A DNA stretch of 64,000 nucleotides from an uncultured Gammaproteobacteria bacterium (lineage in GTDB: Bacteria; Pseudomonadota; Gammaproteobacteria; Steroidobacterales; Foliamicaceae). Both the position numbers and the translations under genes were made by a program. Positions 1 through 12,951 of the stretch are shown piece after piece (position 1 is the stretch's first letter; every line of letters starts with the position of its first letter). The notes under the pieces were generated by a model. The model saw nothing but the letters and a program-made list of their open reading frames with translations. It was not told where the DNA came from and did not search any database. Location: the NCBI GenBank assembly GCA_964392625.1, contig CAYMQG010000080.1:13335-77334 (forward strand). The letters are read 5' to 3'.

Positions 1-138
1 ATTGACGATTACCGGGCCCGCGTTATTGACGGCGGCGCCACTGACGTAACTGACGTATGCGGAAACGAATACGGCGCCCCAAGCATTTCGTTCGTTGCTC
101 CGGACGGAAACTCCTGGAACCTGGTCGGAAATCTGTGA
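1..138 (+). CDS. 3' end of a CDS truncated by the window edge; C-terminus resembles VOC/glyoxalase-fold proteins
   Basis: Frame 1 is open from base 1 to TGA at 136-138. The translation ends ...ISFVAPDGNSWNLVGNL*, which resembles the F-x-DPDGN-x-W-x-L C-terminal strand common in glyoxalase/bleomycin-resistance folds. Only 45 codons are visible. Confidence 0.35.
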   Translation: MDDYRARVIDGGATDVTDVCGNEYGAPSISFVAPDGNSWNLVGNL

Positions 139-153
139 TCAGATAAATTGCGG

Positions 154-241
154 CGGAGGGAGTGGGATTCGAACCCACGTGGGGCGGATCGCCCCCATCT
201 GATTTCGAATCAGCGCCGTTAGGCCTCTCCGGCATCCCTCC
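154..241 (-). tRNA. tRNA-Ser (anticodon CGA)
   Basis: The reverse complement reads GGAGGGATGCCGGAGAGGCCTAACGGCGCTGATTCGAAATCAGATGGGGGCGATCCGCCCCACGTGGGTTCGAATCCCACTCCCTCCG. The acceptor stem is GGAGGGA/TCCCTCC, the anticodon loop is TTCGAAA (CGA), there is a long variable arm, and the T-loop is GGTTCGAATCC. CCA is not encoded. Confidence 0.9.
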
Positions 242-288
242 GGGGGCGGATTATATTGCGCCGCCCCTTGATTCGCTGCCGCGTCCCT

Positions 289-1479
289 CTAATCCAGGCG
301 CTTGGTGAATCGCAGCACCGGAATCGCGATCGACACCAGGAACAGGCCCGAGATGGCGTACATCTGTGGCGCCATGTCCGCCAGGGTCGCGCCGCGGAGG
401 ATGATGCCCCGTACCAATTCCACGAAGTGCGTGATGGGGAACAGCAGCCCCACCCACTGGGCCACCCTGGGCATACCGTCGAACGGGAACATGAAGCCGG
501 ACAGCAGCAGCATCGGCAGCATGAAGAAGATCGCTCCCTGGATTGCCTGGAACTGCGATTTGGCGAACGTGGATATGGACAGGCCGATGCCCAGCGTGGC
601 CGCCACGAACACAAGGCTGGCCAGGTAGAGATCAAGCAAGGACCCCACGGTCGGTACGCGGAACAGCCAGGTTCCGGCGAAATAGACGATCGACACCTGG
701 ATCAACCCGATCAGGATGTAGGGGGCGATCTTCCCCAGCATCAGCTCGTAGTTGCGCACCGGCGTGGTGATCAGGAACTCCAGGTTGCCGCGCTCGCGCT
801 CGCGCACGACTGCGACCGCCGTAAACACGATCATCGTGAAGTTGAGAATCAGGCCGACCAGGGCGGGCACGATCTGCACGGCCGACCGTCGTTCGGGGTT
901 GAAGTAGAAGCGAAGGGCCAGGGGCATGTCCGGCTGTCCGGTTTGGGCGCGCGGCGACGGAAGAAACTGCACCAGCCGCTCTATCGCGCTGATGATGGTC
1001 GGATCGCCGGCATCGACCATCAGTTGCGCGAGCGGCCGGTCGCCGTCGCTCAGGCGGCGCTCGAAATCCGCCGGGATGTAGAGCACGGTGCGCAGGTCGC
1101 CGCGGCGCATCTGGTCCAGCAATTCGGTCACGTCGCCTGATCGGCTGACGAAATCCAGCACCTGGCTTGCTTCCAGGGCGCCCGCGAGCTGCCGCGACAT
1201 CGAAGTGTCCGCGTGGTCCACAAGCCCGGCGTGCATGTGACGGACGTCGGTATTGATCGCGTAGCCGAACAGGACGATCTGGATGAGCGGCAGTCCCACG
1301 ATCATTCCCAGCGTCAGGCGCTCGCGAAACAACTGGCGCATTTCCTTGTCGACGATGGCCGAGGTCCGCCGGAACCAGAACCGCACCAGGGCCAGCAATG
1401 GCGGTATCCAGGAAAGGCTGAACACGAAGGCCCGCCAAAGGCCCACCACGATGAATGTGAACGCCCGCCAGAGGTTCAC
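289..1479 (-). CDS. ABC-2 type transporter permease
   Basis: 396-aa ORF with an N-terminal TM, a large extracytoplasmic loop and a C-terminal cluster of 5 TM segments (YbhS/YhhJ-like layout). It has a 4-nt overlap with the upstream ATPase gene. Confidence 0.8.
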   Translation of the reverse strand: MNLWRAFTFIVVGLWRAFVFSLSWIPPLLALVRFWFRRTSAIVDKEMRQLFRERLTLGMIVGLPLIQIVLFGYAINTDVRHMHAGLVDHADTSMSRQLAGALEASQVLDFVSRSGDVTELLDQMRRGDLRTVLYIPADFERRLSDGDRPLAQLMVDAGDPTIISAIERLVQFLPSPRAQTGQPDMPLALRFYFNPERRSAVQIVPALVGLILNFTMIVFTAVAVVRERERGNLEFLITTPVRNYELMLGKIAPYILIGLIQVSIVYFAGTWLFRVPTVGSLLDLYLASLVFVAATLGIGLSISTFAKSQFQAIQGAIFFMLPMLLLSGFMFPFDGMPRVAQWVGLLFPITHFVELVRGIILRGATLADMAPQMYAISGLFLVSIAIPVLRFTKRLD

Positions 1480-2417
1480 CCGGATGGCCTTTGAAAGTTC
1501 GTGGCGGCGACGAATACGTCTTCCAGCGTGGCGCCCGTTCGCCGCACCGCGCCCTGCAGCGACGCTTTCCTGAGCAGGGCGTCGATACGTTCCACCGGGG
1601 ACTCCGTATCCGGATCAAGCATGACGCGCAAACGATTGCCGAGCTGGGTCACGGCCAGGACCCAGTCGTGCGGCTCGAGCAATGCACGGGTGCGCCTGGG
1701 CATTTGGGTTGCGACTTCGACCGTGACCGCCTCGAGCCGGTCCATCAGTTCCTGCGGAGGGCCTTCCCGCACCATCGCGCCCCGGTCGAGAAAAGTGAGG
1801 CGGTGACATCGTTCCGCTTCGTCCATGAAGTGGGTGGAGACCAGGATCGTCGTGCCCTGGTCGGCCAGTTCGAACAGGCGGTCCCAGAAATCCCGCCGAC
1901 TCTGCGGGTCCACCGCGCTGGTGGGTTCGTCCAGCAACAGCAACCGGGGTTCGTGCAGCGTGACGGCGGCCAGGGCCAGCCTCTGTTTCTGGCCGCCGCT
2001 CAGCGTTCCGGCCAGGCGTGAATGCAGGTCGTGCAGTTCATACAGGGCGCTGTTGACCTCGATCCGCTCCCGCATGCGCCGCAATCCCAGGTCGAATACG
2101 CGGGCGACGAAGCGCAGGTTCTCAAGTACGGTCAGGTCCTCGTACAGCGAGAACTTCTGGGTCATGTAGCCCATCTGCAGGCGCAGTTTCTCGGCTTCCT
2201 CGGGGACGCGGCAGCCGAGAACGGTGGCCTCTCCCGCGGACGGCACCAGCAATCCGCACAAAAGCCGCATCGTGGTGGACTTGCCGGAGCCGTTGGGGCC
2301 CAGGAAACCGAAAATCCGCCCGCGCGGTACGTCGAGATCGAGATTGCTTACCGCGGTTACGGGGCCGAAGCGGCGCGTCAGGCCGCGACAGGAAATGGCA
2401 AAGTCGTTTTCGTTCAC
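1476..2417 (-). CDS. ABC transporter ATP-binding protein
   Basis: Walker A GPNGSGKST, signature LSGGQKQRL, Walker B LLLLDEPT and H-loop STHFMDE. 4-nt overlaps on both sides. Confidence 0.92.
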   Translation of the reverse strand: MNENDFAISCRGLTRRFGPVTAVSNLDLDVPRGRIFGFLGPNGSGKSTTMRLLCGLLVPSAGEATVLGCRVPEEAEKLRLQMGYMTQKFSLYEDLTVLENLRFVARVFDLGLRRMRERIEVNSALYELHDLHSRLAGTLSGGQKQRLALAAVTLHEPRLLLLDEPTSAVDPQSRRDFWDRLFELADQGTTILVSTHFMDEAERCHRLTFLDRGAMVREGPPQELMDRLEAVTVEVATQMPRRTRALLEPHDWVLAVTQLGNRLRVMLDPDTESPVERIDALLRKASLQGAVRRTGATLEDVFVAATNFQRPSG

Positions 2418-3406
2418 CTGAGCGACGGAAAGTCGACTTCCACCGGCTGCCCCACCGGCAGATCGCCATAAGCGTCTTCCGTGATCGATACCTTCGCCAG
2501 GTAGGCAAGCCGGCTGCGGTCGCGCTGGGTCAGCGAGAAGTACGGCGTAAAAGCCGCTTCCGAGGATACGAAGGCCACCGTGCCTTCGATTTCGTTTGCA
2601 AGGCCGTCCACCCTTATCCGCGCGGCCAGTCCCGGCTGCACCCGCGCCCGCAACGGCTCGGGCACGTAGATCCGCGCATGCAGGGTGTCTCCGGCCAGCA
2701 TGACGGCCAGCGTCGCACCCGGTGGAGGCCGTTCTCCCAGCTCGTACGGCAGCGCCTCGATCCGGCCGTTTCTGGGCGCCACGACTTCCAGGCGTTCGGC
2801 GCTGATCCGCATGCGCTCCAGCCGGGCCTGCGCTTCGTCTACGGCGGCCTCGGCCTGTCCCAGCTCTTCCACCGTGGCCCCGTCCAGCAGGTCTTCCAGA
2901 ACGGCGCCCAGCGCCTCCACGTCGGTCCGGGCGATTTCCACGGCCCGCAACGCGCGATCCACGTCGGTCTGGCTGGCAATGTTCTGTTCCGCCAGGTCCC
3001 GGACGCGCAGGTGTTCGCGGGTGCTGACGTCGAGAATCTCCCTGGCGCCGTCAAGGCGCGCGCGGGCGGCGCGAATCGCCTCCTCCCGCGGGCCGCGAAC
3101 GAGTTCCGCCAGGCGCTGGCTTGTCCGGGTAACGGCCGCCTCCGCCGCCTTGAGGTCCTGATCGACCCGGGCGCCGTCCTGTCGCATCAACAGCTGCCCG
3201 GCCTGCACCCTCTCCCCTTCCGTTACGTTCAGTTCCACGATGGTTTCGTGGAACTCCGCCACCAGCTCCATGCGCTCGCGCTCCAGCGTGCCGACCAGGG
3301 GAAGCGGCGATGAGTCACCCGCGCAGCCCGCGGCGAGCAGCGTGTACGCGATCACCCCGGCGGACGCTGCCTTTTGCAGCGCAGTGTGGGGCGTTTCAGA
3401 ACTCAC
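2414..3406 (-). CDS. HlyD-family membrane-fusion (periplasmic adaptor) protein
   Basis: N-terminal anchor/lipobox-like LLAAGC, a long coiled-coil hairpin region, and barrel-sandwich motifs (NVTEGERVQAGQLLMRQD ... APRNGRIEALPYELGE). First gene of a 3-gene exporter operon. Confidence 0.8.
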   Translation of the reverse strand: MSSETPHTALQKAASAGVIAYTLLAAGCAGDSSPLPLVGTLERERMELVAEFHETIVELNVTEGERVQAGQLLMRQDGARVDQDLKAAEAAVTRTSQRLAELVRGPREEAIRAARARLDGAREILDVSTREHLRVRDLAEQNIASQTDVDRALRAVEIARTDVEALGAVLEDLLDGATVEELGQAEAAVDEAQARLERMRISAERLEVVAPRNGRIEALPYELGERPPPGATLAVMLAGDTLHARIYVPEPLRARVQPGLAARIRVDGLANEIEGTVAFVSSEAAFTPYFSLTQRDRSRLAYLAKVSITEDAYGDLPVGQPVEVDFPSLR

Positions 3407-3451
3407 TCTTGTTACCGATGGTTTTCGAAACCAATGATAACGAAAGCTCTC

Positions 3452-3918
3452 CTAGCGGCGGGACCGGAAGAAGGAGCGCATCAGTTCGGCCGACTGCTGC
3501 TCCAGCAGCCCCGCTTGCACTTCGCATCGATGATTGAGGGCCGCATTGTCCAGCACGTTGAAAACGCTGCCGCCGGCGCCCGACCTGGGATCGCGCGCCG
3601 AAAAAACCACGCGGGAAATGCGCGCCAGAACAATAGCGCCCGCGCACATCGCGCAGGGTTCCAGCGTGACGAACAGTTCGGCGCCCGGGAGGCGGTAGTT
3701 GCCGGCCGTCCCGCAGGCTGTGCGAATAGCTTCCATCTCCGCGTGGGCGGTGGGGTCCGCGCCGCCGATCATTCGGTTCCTTCCCTGGCCCGCGATGCGC
3801 CCGTCATGGACCAGCACGGCGCCCACCGGCACCTCTCCTTCTTCGCCCGCCTGCTCCGCCAGCTCCAGCGCGCGCCGCATGTAACGCTCGTCGTCGCCCG
3901 CAAGCGGTGGCCCCGCGT

Positions 3919-3928
<10 letters not shown>
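3452..3928 (-). CDS. tadA: tRNA-specific adenosine deaminase
   Basis: Deaminase zinc motifs HAEMEAI and PCAMCAGA. Size about 158 aa. Located downstream of guaA, with its start overlapping the guaA 3' end. Confidence 0.9.
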
Positions 3929-6950
<3,022 letters not shown>

Positions 6951-6964
6951 CTATCATTTTACAA

Positions 6965-8344
6965 ATGCGTGGCGAAGTGGTAAATCTCGGCGCCGGCGAG
7001 CGGACCGAAGACGCGCCATTGCTGCAAGTCGGCCAGTTGGTCCAGCGCATCGCCGCCAGCCTCAGGGACGAGTTTGCGGCAGTGAGGGTGGAGGGCGAGA
7101 TCGCCGATTTCAACCACTACCGCGGGCGCCACATGTACTTCAAGCTGAAGGACGAAGATGCGCTGATTCAATGCGCGATGTTCTCCACCGCCAACAGGCG
7201 ACTCAGTTTCAGACCGGCCGACGGCCAGCGCGTCATAGCCACCGGCCAGGTACAGGCCTATACGCCGCGCAGCAGCTATCAGCTCATCGTCTCGGACATG
7301 CGCGAGACCGGCGTCGGCAAGCTGCTGCAACAGTTCGAGGCGCTGAAGCGCAAACTCAAGGACGAGGGCCTGTTCGACGAAGAGCGCAAGCGTGCTCTTC
7401 CGCCGCTGCCCCGCTGCGTCGGGCTTGTGAGTTCCCGCGAGAGCGCGGCGGCGCGCGACGTGGTGACCGTATTGCGAAGCCGCTTTCCGGCGCTGCCCGT
7501 GGTGCTGTACCACACCCAGGTACAAGGTGCGGGATCCGCCGAACAGGTGGTCGCGGCGCTGCGCGCAGTGGCGGAGCAAAAGGCCTGCGACCTGGTGATC
7601 CTGGCGCGCGGGGGCGGCGACCTGGAAGACCTGGCCACGTTCAACGACGAACACCTGGCCCGTTTCATCGCGGCCTTTCCCGTACCGCTGATCAGCGGCG
7701 TCGGACACGAAACGGATTACACGATCGCGGATTTTGTTGCCGACCGGAGGGCGGCGACACCCTCGCAGGCGGCCGAGATCGCCACTCCGGATGCGGCCGA
7801 CTGGCTGCGGCGCGTCGAGCGCGCCCGGAGCAGCATCGAGCAGGCAGCCGTCTCGGTGCTGACGGGCCGGGGCGGATCGCTGAATCAACTGTCGGGCAGA
7901 CTGAGCCGCGCCGGCCCGCCCGCGCGGTTGATGCAATGCGGTCAGCGCCTCGACGAGCTGCATGACCGGCTGCGCGGCGCGGCAGCCCGGCTGGCGGGTC
8001 CGGGCGCGCAATCGCTGGCGACGCTGCTGGCCCGGCTTTCCGCCGTTTCGCCTCTGACCGTGGCTCGCCGCCACCGAACGCGGCTTGAGTGGCTGGTCCC
8101 GCGTCTGGGAGCGGCAACACAAAATCTGCTTGCCGCATCGCACCGGCGGGTGGACGTGGCCCGCTCGGCGCTGCGCGGGCTGGGTCCCCAGAACACGCTC
8201 AACCGGGGCTACGCCATCGTGACCGGCCCTGAAGGCCAGGTGCTCACCGACGCCTCTCAGGCGGCCGCGGGGAGCGACATCGAGGCGCGGCTGGCCCGCG
8301 GCACGCTGCGCGCACGGGTGCGCGCCAGGAAAGTCTCAGACTGA
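6965..8344 (+). CDS. xseA: Exodeoxyribonuclease VII large subunit
   Basis: OB-fold N-terminus (EGEISNF-like EGEIADFNHYRGRHMYFKLKD) and core motifs GRGGGSxEDL-like (ARGGGDLEDL) and GHETDYTIADFVADRRAATPS. Diverges from guaB. Confidence 0.93.
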   Translation: MRGEVVNLGAGERTEDAPLLQVGQLVQRIAASLRDEFAAVRVEGEIADFNHYRGRHMYFKLKDEDALIQCAMFSTANRRLSFRPADGQRVIATGQVQAYTPRSSYQLIVSDMRETGVGKLLQQFEALKRKLKDEGLFDEERKRALPPLPRCVGLVSSRESAAARDVVTVLRSRFPALPVVLYHTQVQGAGSAEQVVAALRAVAEQKACDLVILARGGGDLEDLATFNDEHLARFIAAFPVPLISGVGHETDYTIADFVADRRAATPSQAAEIATPDAADWLRRVERARSSIEQAAVSVLTGRGGSLNQLSGRLSRAGPPARLMQCGQRLDELHDRLRGAAARLAGPGAQSLATLLARLSAVSPLTVARRHRTRLEWLVPRLGAATQNLLAASHRRVDVARSALRGLGPQNTLNRGYAIVTGPEGQVLTDASQAAAGSDIEARLARGTLRARVRARKVSD

Positions 8345-9661
8345 GGATTCGGTGTAGGGATTGGAACTGGTGCGCAGCTCGATGCGCACGGGCGTGCCCC
8401 GCAATCCGAATTTCGTTCGAACCCGGCGCGCCAGGTAGCGGCGGAAACTGGCGGGCAGGTGTTCCGTCTGCCGGCCGTGAATCACGATCAGCGGCGGCCG
8501 TTTGCCGCCCTGGTGCGCATAGTTGAGCCGAATCCTGCGTCCGCCGCGCCTGGGCGTCGCATGCTCTTCCACGGCCCTGCGCAGAACCGCGTTGAGTTGG
8601 CCGGTAGGCAGGTCCCGGCTTGCCGATTCCACGCCGGCCAGCGCGCTGTCCAGCAGCTTTGTCACGCCCCATCCACGCAGGGCCGATACGCGGTGCAGAT
8701 CGACGAAGTCCAGGAAGTTCAATTGCCGCGCCAGCCCGTCGTTCACTCGGGCCCGCCCGGTAGCCGGGACGCGGTCCCATTGATTGGCGCCGATGACCAG
8801 CGCCCTGCCCCGGTCCAGCGCCAGCGAGATAAGCCTCAGGTCCTGCTCCGTTGCTCCTTCCCGGGCATCGAGAAGAACGATGACGGCGTCCGCCTGCTCT
8901 ATCGCCTGCAATGCCTGCGTTACCGACAGCCGCTCGGGACCGGCATCGACGCGAGCGCGCCGCCGGATGCCCGCCGTATCCACCAGCGTGCAGGGTTCCC
9001 CGCCGTACTCGAAGTCCAGCGGCACGCTGTCGCGCGTAGTGCCGGCCTGGTCCCGCACCAGCATGCGCTCCTCGCCCAGGTAACGGTTCACCAGCGTCGA
9101 TTTGCCCACGTTCGGGCGGCCGATGATCGCGATACGGGTGCGGCCGGCGTCTGCCTCCAAGGTTGCCGGCCCCTCCGGCAGAGCGCTCGCCACCGCGTCG
9201 GCAAGCGCCGGGACCCCGTCGCCGCGAAGCGCCGATATGGCATGAGGGTCGGGGATGCCCAGGGAGTGGAATTCCGCCACGCTGATTTCCCGCGGCTGCC
9301 CTTCGCTCTTGTTGACCGCGAGAATTACGGCACAGCCTGCCTCGCGCATCCATCCCGCCGCCGCTTCGTCGGCCGGGCAAAGCCCCTGGCGGGCGTCGGT
9401 CAGCAGGACGGCGAGATCGCTCTCCGCCAGCGCCCGCTCGAACTGTACGCGAACCGCCTCTTCCCAATCGCCGCCCTCGCCGATGCCCGGCGTATCGACC
9501 AGGATCACGCGCCGTCCGGCCAGCCTGGCCAGGCAGTGGCGGCGGTCGCGCGTCAGCCCGGGATAATCGGCGACTAACGCTTCACGTTTTCCGGCGAGCC
9601 GGTTGAAGAGCGTGGATTTGCCTACGTTGGGCCGCCCGGTAAGGGCCACGACCGGTAACAT
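8336..9661 (-). CDS. der: Ribosome-biogenesis GTPase Der (EngA)
   Basis: Two tandem GTPase domains (GRPNVGKSTL twice; DTPG/DTAG) and a KH-like C-terminus. The 3' end overlaps the convergent xseA 3' end by 9 nt. Confidence 0.96.
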   Translation of the reverse strand: MLPVVALTGRPNVGKSTLFNRLAGKREALVADYPGLTRDRRHCLARLAGRRVILVDTPGIGEGGDWEEAVRVQFERALAESDLAVLLTDARQGLCPADEAAAGWMREAGCAVILAVNKSEGQPREISVAEFHSLGIPDPHAISALRGDGVPALADAVASALPEGPATLEADAGRTRIAIIGRPNVGKSTLVNRYLGEERMLVRDQAGTTRDSVPLDFEYGGEPCTLVDTAGIRRRARVDAGPERLSVTQALQAIEQADAVIVLLDAREGATEQDLRLISLALDRGRALVIGANQWDRVPATGRARVNDGLARQLNFLDFVDLHRVSALRGWGVTKLLDSALAGVESASRDLPTGQLNAVLRRAVEEHATPRRGGRRIRLNYAHQGGKRPPLIVIHGRQTEHLPASFRRYLARRVRTKFGLRGTPVRIELRTSSNPYTESSV

Positions 9662-9685
9662 GGCGCCGATCCTCCATGTCCGCCG

Positions 9686-10945
9686 TCAGGAGCCGGCCGC
9701 CGTCGCGGAGCGCCAGGCGGTCAGTTCGCCGGATACGGTAAGCGCGAACAGTTTGTCGCCCATCACAAGCGGTTGCGAACCGATGCGGCTGTTCCCCGCC
9801 CGGGCCCGCGCCTCCAGCCTTCCGGTGAAGACGTTGAAACCGTGCAGATATCCGTCCAGGTCGCCGACCATCACGTGGGCGGCGTACAGCGCCGGACGCG
9901 AAAGGTCCCGATAGCCGAGCGAATCGGAGTTCCACAGGGGGGTGCCGCCGGTGCGGGCATGGGCGCTTATCTGCCCGTCTTCGCTGACCGAATAGACATT
10001 GTTCGCATCCACGACCAGGCCGTTGTAACCGGAGAATTCCCGCGACCACAGCAACTCGCCCGACTCCGCCGCCACCGACGTCAGCAGTCCGTTGTAGCCT
10101 GCGACGTAAACGTCGTTACCCACCACCTGCACGTCGCCGTTCAGGTCCACCAAGCGTTCCAGTTCGTTGCGGCCCGCCGGTGCGGCGAGCGGTACGTCCC
10201 ATGCCTTGGCGCCGTCGGACTGCTGATAGGCGGTCAGCCGCCCATTGTCGAACCCGCAGATAACCATCTGTGCCTGCACCACCGGCGCGGAGGTGCCTCG
10301 CAGGCTGAGCCGGGGCATGCTCTGGGACACCGACCAGAGCTCCTGGCCGGTGGCCAGGCTGAACGCGTACAGATAGCCGTGCACCGTGCGCACGAACAAG
10401 CGTCCGCCGCCGATCGCCGGCGCCGCCAGCACTTCGCCGTTGACATAGGCGCGCCACTCCTCGATACCGCTGTCCGCGTCGAGCACGACGACCCAGCCTC
10501 CCGAAGAACCGACGGCGACTAAGCCGTCTCCGACGACGGGGCCGGCGGAAAGACTGAGATCGGTGTCGCGCCGCCAGCGCTGCCTGCCGTTCCCGGCCTC
10601 GAAAGCATGGACCACGCCGTCGACGTTGGCCGCGTAGATCCTGGCGCCGTCGCCGTCCAGGCGCAACGCGAGGCGCAACTCGTCCCCGCCGTCTCCGACC
10701 CTCGCGGACCAGACACGCCGAATCCGGAACTGTTCGCTGAACTCCGTGAGTTCGCGCGGCTGGCGCGCCTCGCTCTCGTCGTCACCGCCGAAAATTCCGC
10801 AACCTCCCGCCGCCAGGGAACTCGCGGTCAACGCCAGCGCCATCAGGCCCCGCAAGAGTCCGGTTGGGAAGGCGTCCCGCTCTCCGGGAAGGCGGGACTG
10901 CCGTGAGGGCAATGCCCTCACTCCCAGGGCGAGAGTCTTCATCAC
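9686..10945 (-). CDS. bamB: Outer membrane protein assembly factor BamB (PQQ-like beta-propeller lipoprotein)
   Basis: Lipobox LAAGGC, repeated PQQ/WD-like blades, and the conserved position between yfgM and der. Confidence 0.88.
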   Translation of the reverse strand: MMKTLALGVRALPSRQSRLPGERDAFPTGLLRGLMALALTASSLAAGGCGIFGGDDESEARQPRELTEFSEQFRIRRVWSARVGDGGDELRLALRLDGDGARIYAANVDGVVHAFEAGNGRQRWRRDTDLSLSAGPVVGDGLVAVGSSGGWVVVLDADSGIEEWRAYVNGEVLAAPAIGGGRLFVRTVHGYLYAFSLATGQELWSVSQSMPRLSLRGTSAPVVQAQMVICGFDNGRLTAYQQSDGAKAWDVPLAAPAGRNELERLVDLNGDVQVVGNDVYVAGYNGLLTSVAAESGELLWSREFSGYNGLVVDANNVYSVSEDGQISAHARTGGTPLWNSDSLGYRDLSRPALYAAHVMVGDLDGYLHGFNVFTGRLEARARAGNSRIGSQPLVMGDKLFALTVSGELTAWRSATAAGS

Positions 10946-11634
10946 TGCTCGTCCCCTGCTGGTGTGATGTCGTCCGCCGGCTGCGGCGTCTCCGCTTCGG
11001 CGTCGCCCGCCGCCGCCAGGTGATCCAGCTTCAGGCGAATCCAGGCGGCGTCGATCTGGCCGCTGTGCTCCAGCGCCGCCTGGTAAGAGGCACGCGCCGC
11101 CTCCGTCTGTCCCAGCGCCTGGTGCAGGTCGCCGCGCATGTCCTCCGTCAACTGCCGCCAGGCGGGAGAATGTACGTCCGAGTCAAGCGTTTCCAGGCCG
11201 GCTTCAGGCCGATCCATGTAAAGGTAGACGCGCGCCAGGCGCAGGCGCGCCAGTTGCCGCAGGTCCCCGTTCGAAGTCGTCGCGATAACGCCCCGCAACT
11301 CCTGCTCGGCCAGCGACGGCTGCGTCGTATCGACATACTCCTTGGCCATGAGCAGCCTGGCGTGATCGGCATAGCCGCTCCCCTCGTAGTCCGCGACCAG
11401 GCTTTCCAGCAGGGTGCTGGCGGAATCCTGGTCGTCGGATTCGATCGCGGCCCGGAAATCCTCGTAGAGTTCGGATGCTTCGGCGGCCTGGCGGTCCTGC
11501 CGCAGCTGCCATTGGTTATAGCCGAAGTAGCCGCCGATCCCTATCGCGACGGCCACGATCGCGGTAGGCGCGTACTCGCGTACCCAGCCCCGCACACGGG
11601 CCGCCTGCTGCTGATCGGTAAGAAAATCATCCAT
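10942..11634 (-). CDS. YfgM-family membrane-anchored TPR-like protein
   Basis: MDDFLTDQQQAARVRGW, then one TM, then a TPR-like ectodomain. ATG at 11634. Sits in the hisS-yfgM-bamB-der synteny, with 4-nt and 8-nt overlaps to its neighbours. Confidence 0.8.
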   Translation of the reverse strand: MDDFLTDQQQAARVRGWVREYAPTAIVAVAIGIGGYFGYNQWQLRQDRQAAEASELYEDFRAAIESDDQDSASTLLESLVADYEGSGYADHARLLMAKEYVDTTQPSLAEQELRGVIATTSNGDLRQLARLRLARVYLYMDRPEAGLETLDSDVHSPAWRQLTEDMRGDLHQALGQTEAARASYQAALEHSGQIDAAWIRLKLDHLAAAGDAEAETPQPADDITPAGDEQ

Positions 11635-12913
11635 GGTCCCGAATTGTACGGTCGGCGCGCCCGCGCAGCACGCGCGAAAGTTCCCCGATCGGGACATCCG
11701 TCTGTTCGCTTTCTTCGCGCAAGTCCTTCAGGCCGACGGTTCCCGCGTCCAGTTCCCTCTCTCCCATAACAAGCGCGTAGCGCGCTCCGGAACGGCTTGC
11801 GTGGCGCATCTGGGCGCGGGCCCCGCCCCCGCCGCAATGCATCTGCACGGGCAGCCCGGGGCATTCGTTCCTCAGCTTCTCGGCCAGCTTGAGCCCGGCC
11901 TGCAGCACCTCGCCGCCGCCCAGCAGGACCAGGTATGCACCTTCTTCCTCGGTCGATTCAGGCAGCCGCGCGAGTTCCAGCAGACGCTCAACTCCCATTG
12001 CCCATCCGATTGCGGGGGTGGGCGGTCCCCCAAGCTGCTCGACCAGCCCGTCATAGCGCCCCCCGGCGCACACTGCGTTCTGCGCTCCCAGCCTGTCGGT
12101 CAGAAACTCGAACACGGTCCTGCTGTAGTAATCCAGCCCCCGCACCAGGCGGGGATTGACGCGGAAATCCAGTCCGATTGCGGCCAGCAGGGTTTGCAGT
12201 TCAGCGAAGTGATCGGCGGATTCCGGCTCGAGAAAATCGGATAGGTCCGGGGCCCCGCCGATCAGAGCCGCCATCTCCGGGTTGCGGCTGTCGAGTATGC
12301 GAAGCGGATTCCTGTCCAGACGGCCGCGGCTGTCCTCGTCCAGCGACTGGATGTGATCCCGGAAGTATTCCCTGAGGCGGTCCCTGTAGGCCGACCGGCA
12401 CCGGCGGCCGCCAAGGCTGTTGAGTTCCAGCGTGATGCCGTCCACTCCCAGCCTGGCGAAGATGCGCGCGGCCAGCGCGATCAGTTCCGCGTCGATGTCC
12501 GGCCCCGCGAACCCGATGGCTTCCACGTCGAACTGGTGGAACTGCCTGAGACGCCCCCGTTGCGGCCGCTCCCGGCGGAACATCGGTCCCGCGCACCAGA
12601 CGCGATGGCGGCCGCGGTGCAGGCCATGTTCCAGCGCCGCACGGACGATGCCGGCGGTCGCTTCCGGACGCAGGCTGATGGTCCGGCCCTTGCTCCCCTC
12701 GGTCGTATACATTTCCTTCTGCACGATGTCGGTGTCCTCACCCACCGAGCGAAGGTATAGTTCGGCGTGCTCCAGGATCGGAACCCGGAATTCTCGGTAA
12801 CCATGCTCCTCAAGCGTTCCGACGACGATTCCCTCGGCGCTGCGCCAAAGGGCGGCGTCCTCCGGAAGAAGATCGCGAACGCCTCGAACCGATTGAACGG
12901 ATTTTCCCGGCAC
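11627..12913 (-). CDS. hisS: Histidine--tRNA ligase
   Basis: The class II motifs are present: RGVRDLLP, LRPEATAG, MFRRERPQRGRLRQFHQ and GGRYDGL. I chose the GTG at 12913 because GGGAGG lies 6 nt upstream and the N-terminal length then matches HisRS. The longer track ORF (to 13033) would overlap rodZ. Confidence 0.93.
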   Translation of the reverse strand: MPGKSVQSVRGVRDLLPEDAALWRSAEGIVVGTLEEHGYREFRVPILEHAELYLRSVGEDTDIVQKEMYTTEGSKGRTISLRPEATAGIVRAALEHGLHRGRHRVWCAGPMFRRERPQRGRLRQFHQFDVEAIGFAGPDIDAELIALAARIFARLGVDGITLELNSLGGRRCRSAYRDRLREYFRDHIQSLDEDSRGRLDRNPLRILDSRNPEMAALIGGAPDLSDFLEPESADHFAELQTLLAAIGLDFRVNPRLVRGLDYYSRTVFEFLTDRLGAQNAVCAGGRYDGLVEQLGGPPTPAIGWAMGVERLLELARLPESTEEEGAYLVLLGGGEVLQAGLKLAEKLRNECPGLPVQMHCGGGGARAQMRHASRSGARYALVMGERELDAGTVGLKDLREESEQTDVPIGELSRVLRGRADRTIRDHG

Positions 12914-12951
12914 GCGCTGCCTCCCGGCTGGGTTCGGGCCCCGGTTCGGAC

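Noticed and set aside
8336-8344. The 9-nt convergent overlap of the xseA and der 3' ends, with no terminator.
   Set aside because: Short convergent overlaps are common in compact GC-rich genomes. No further structure was seen.
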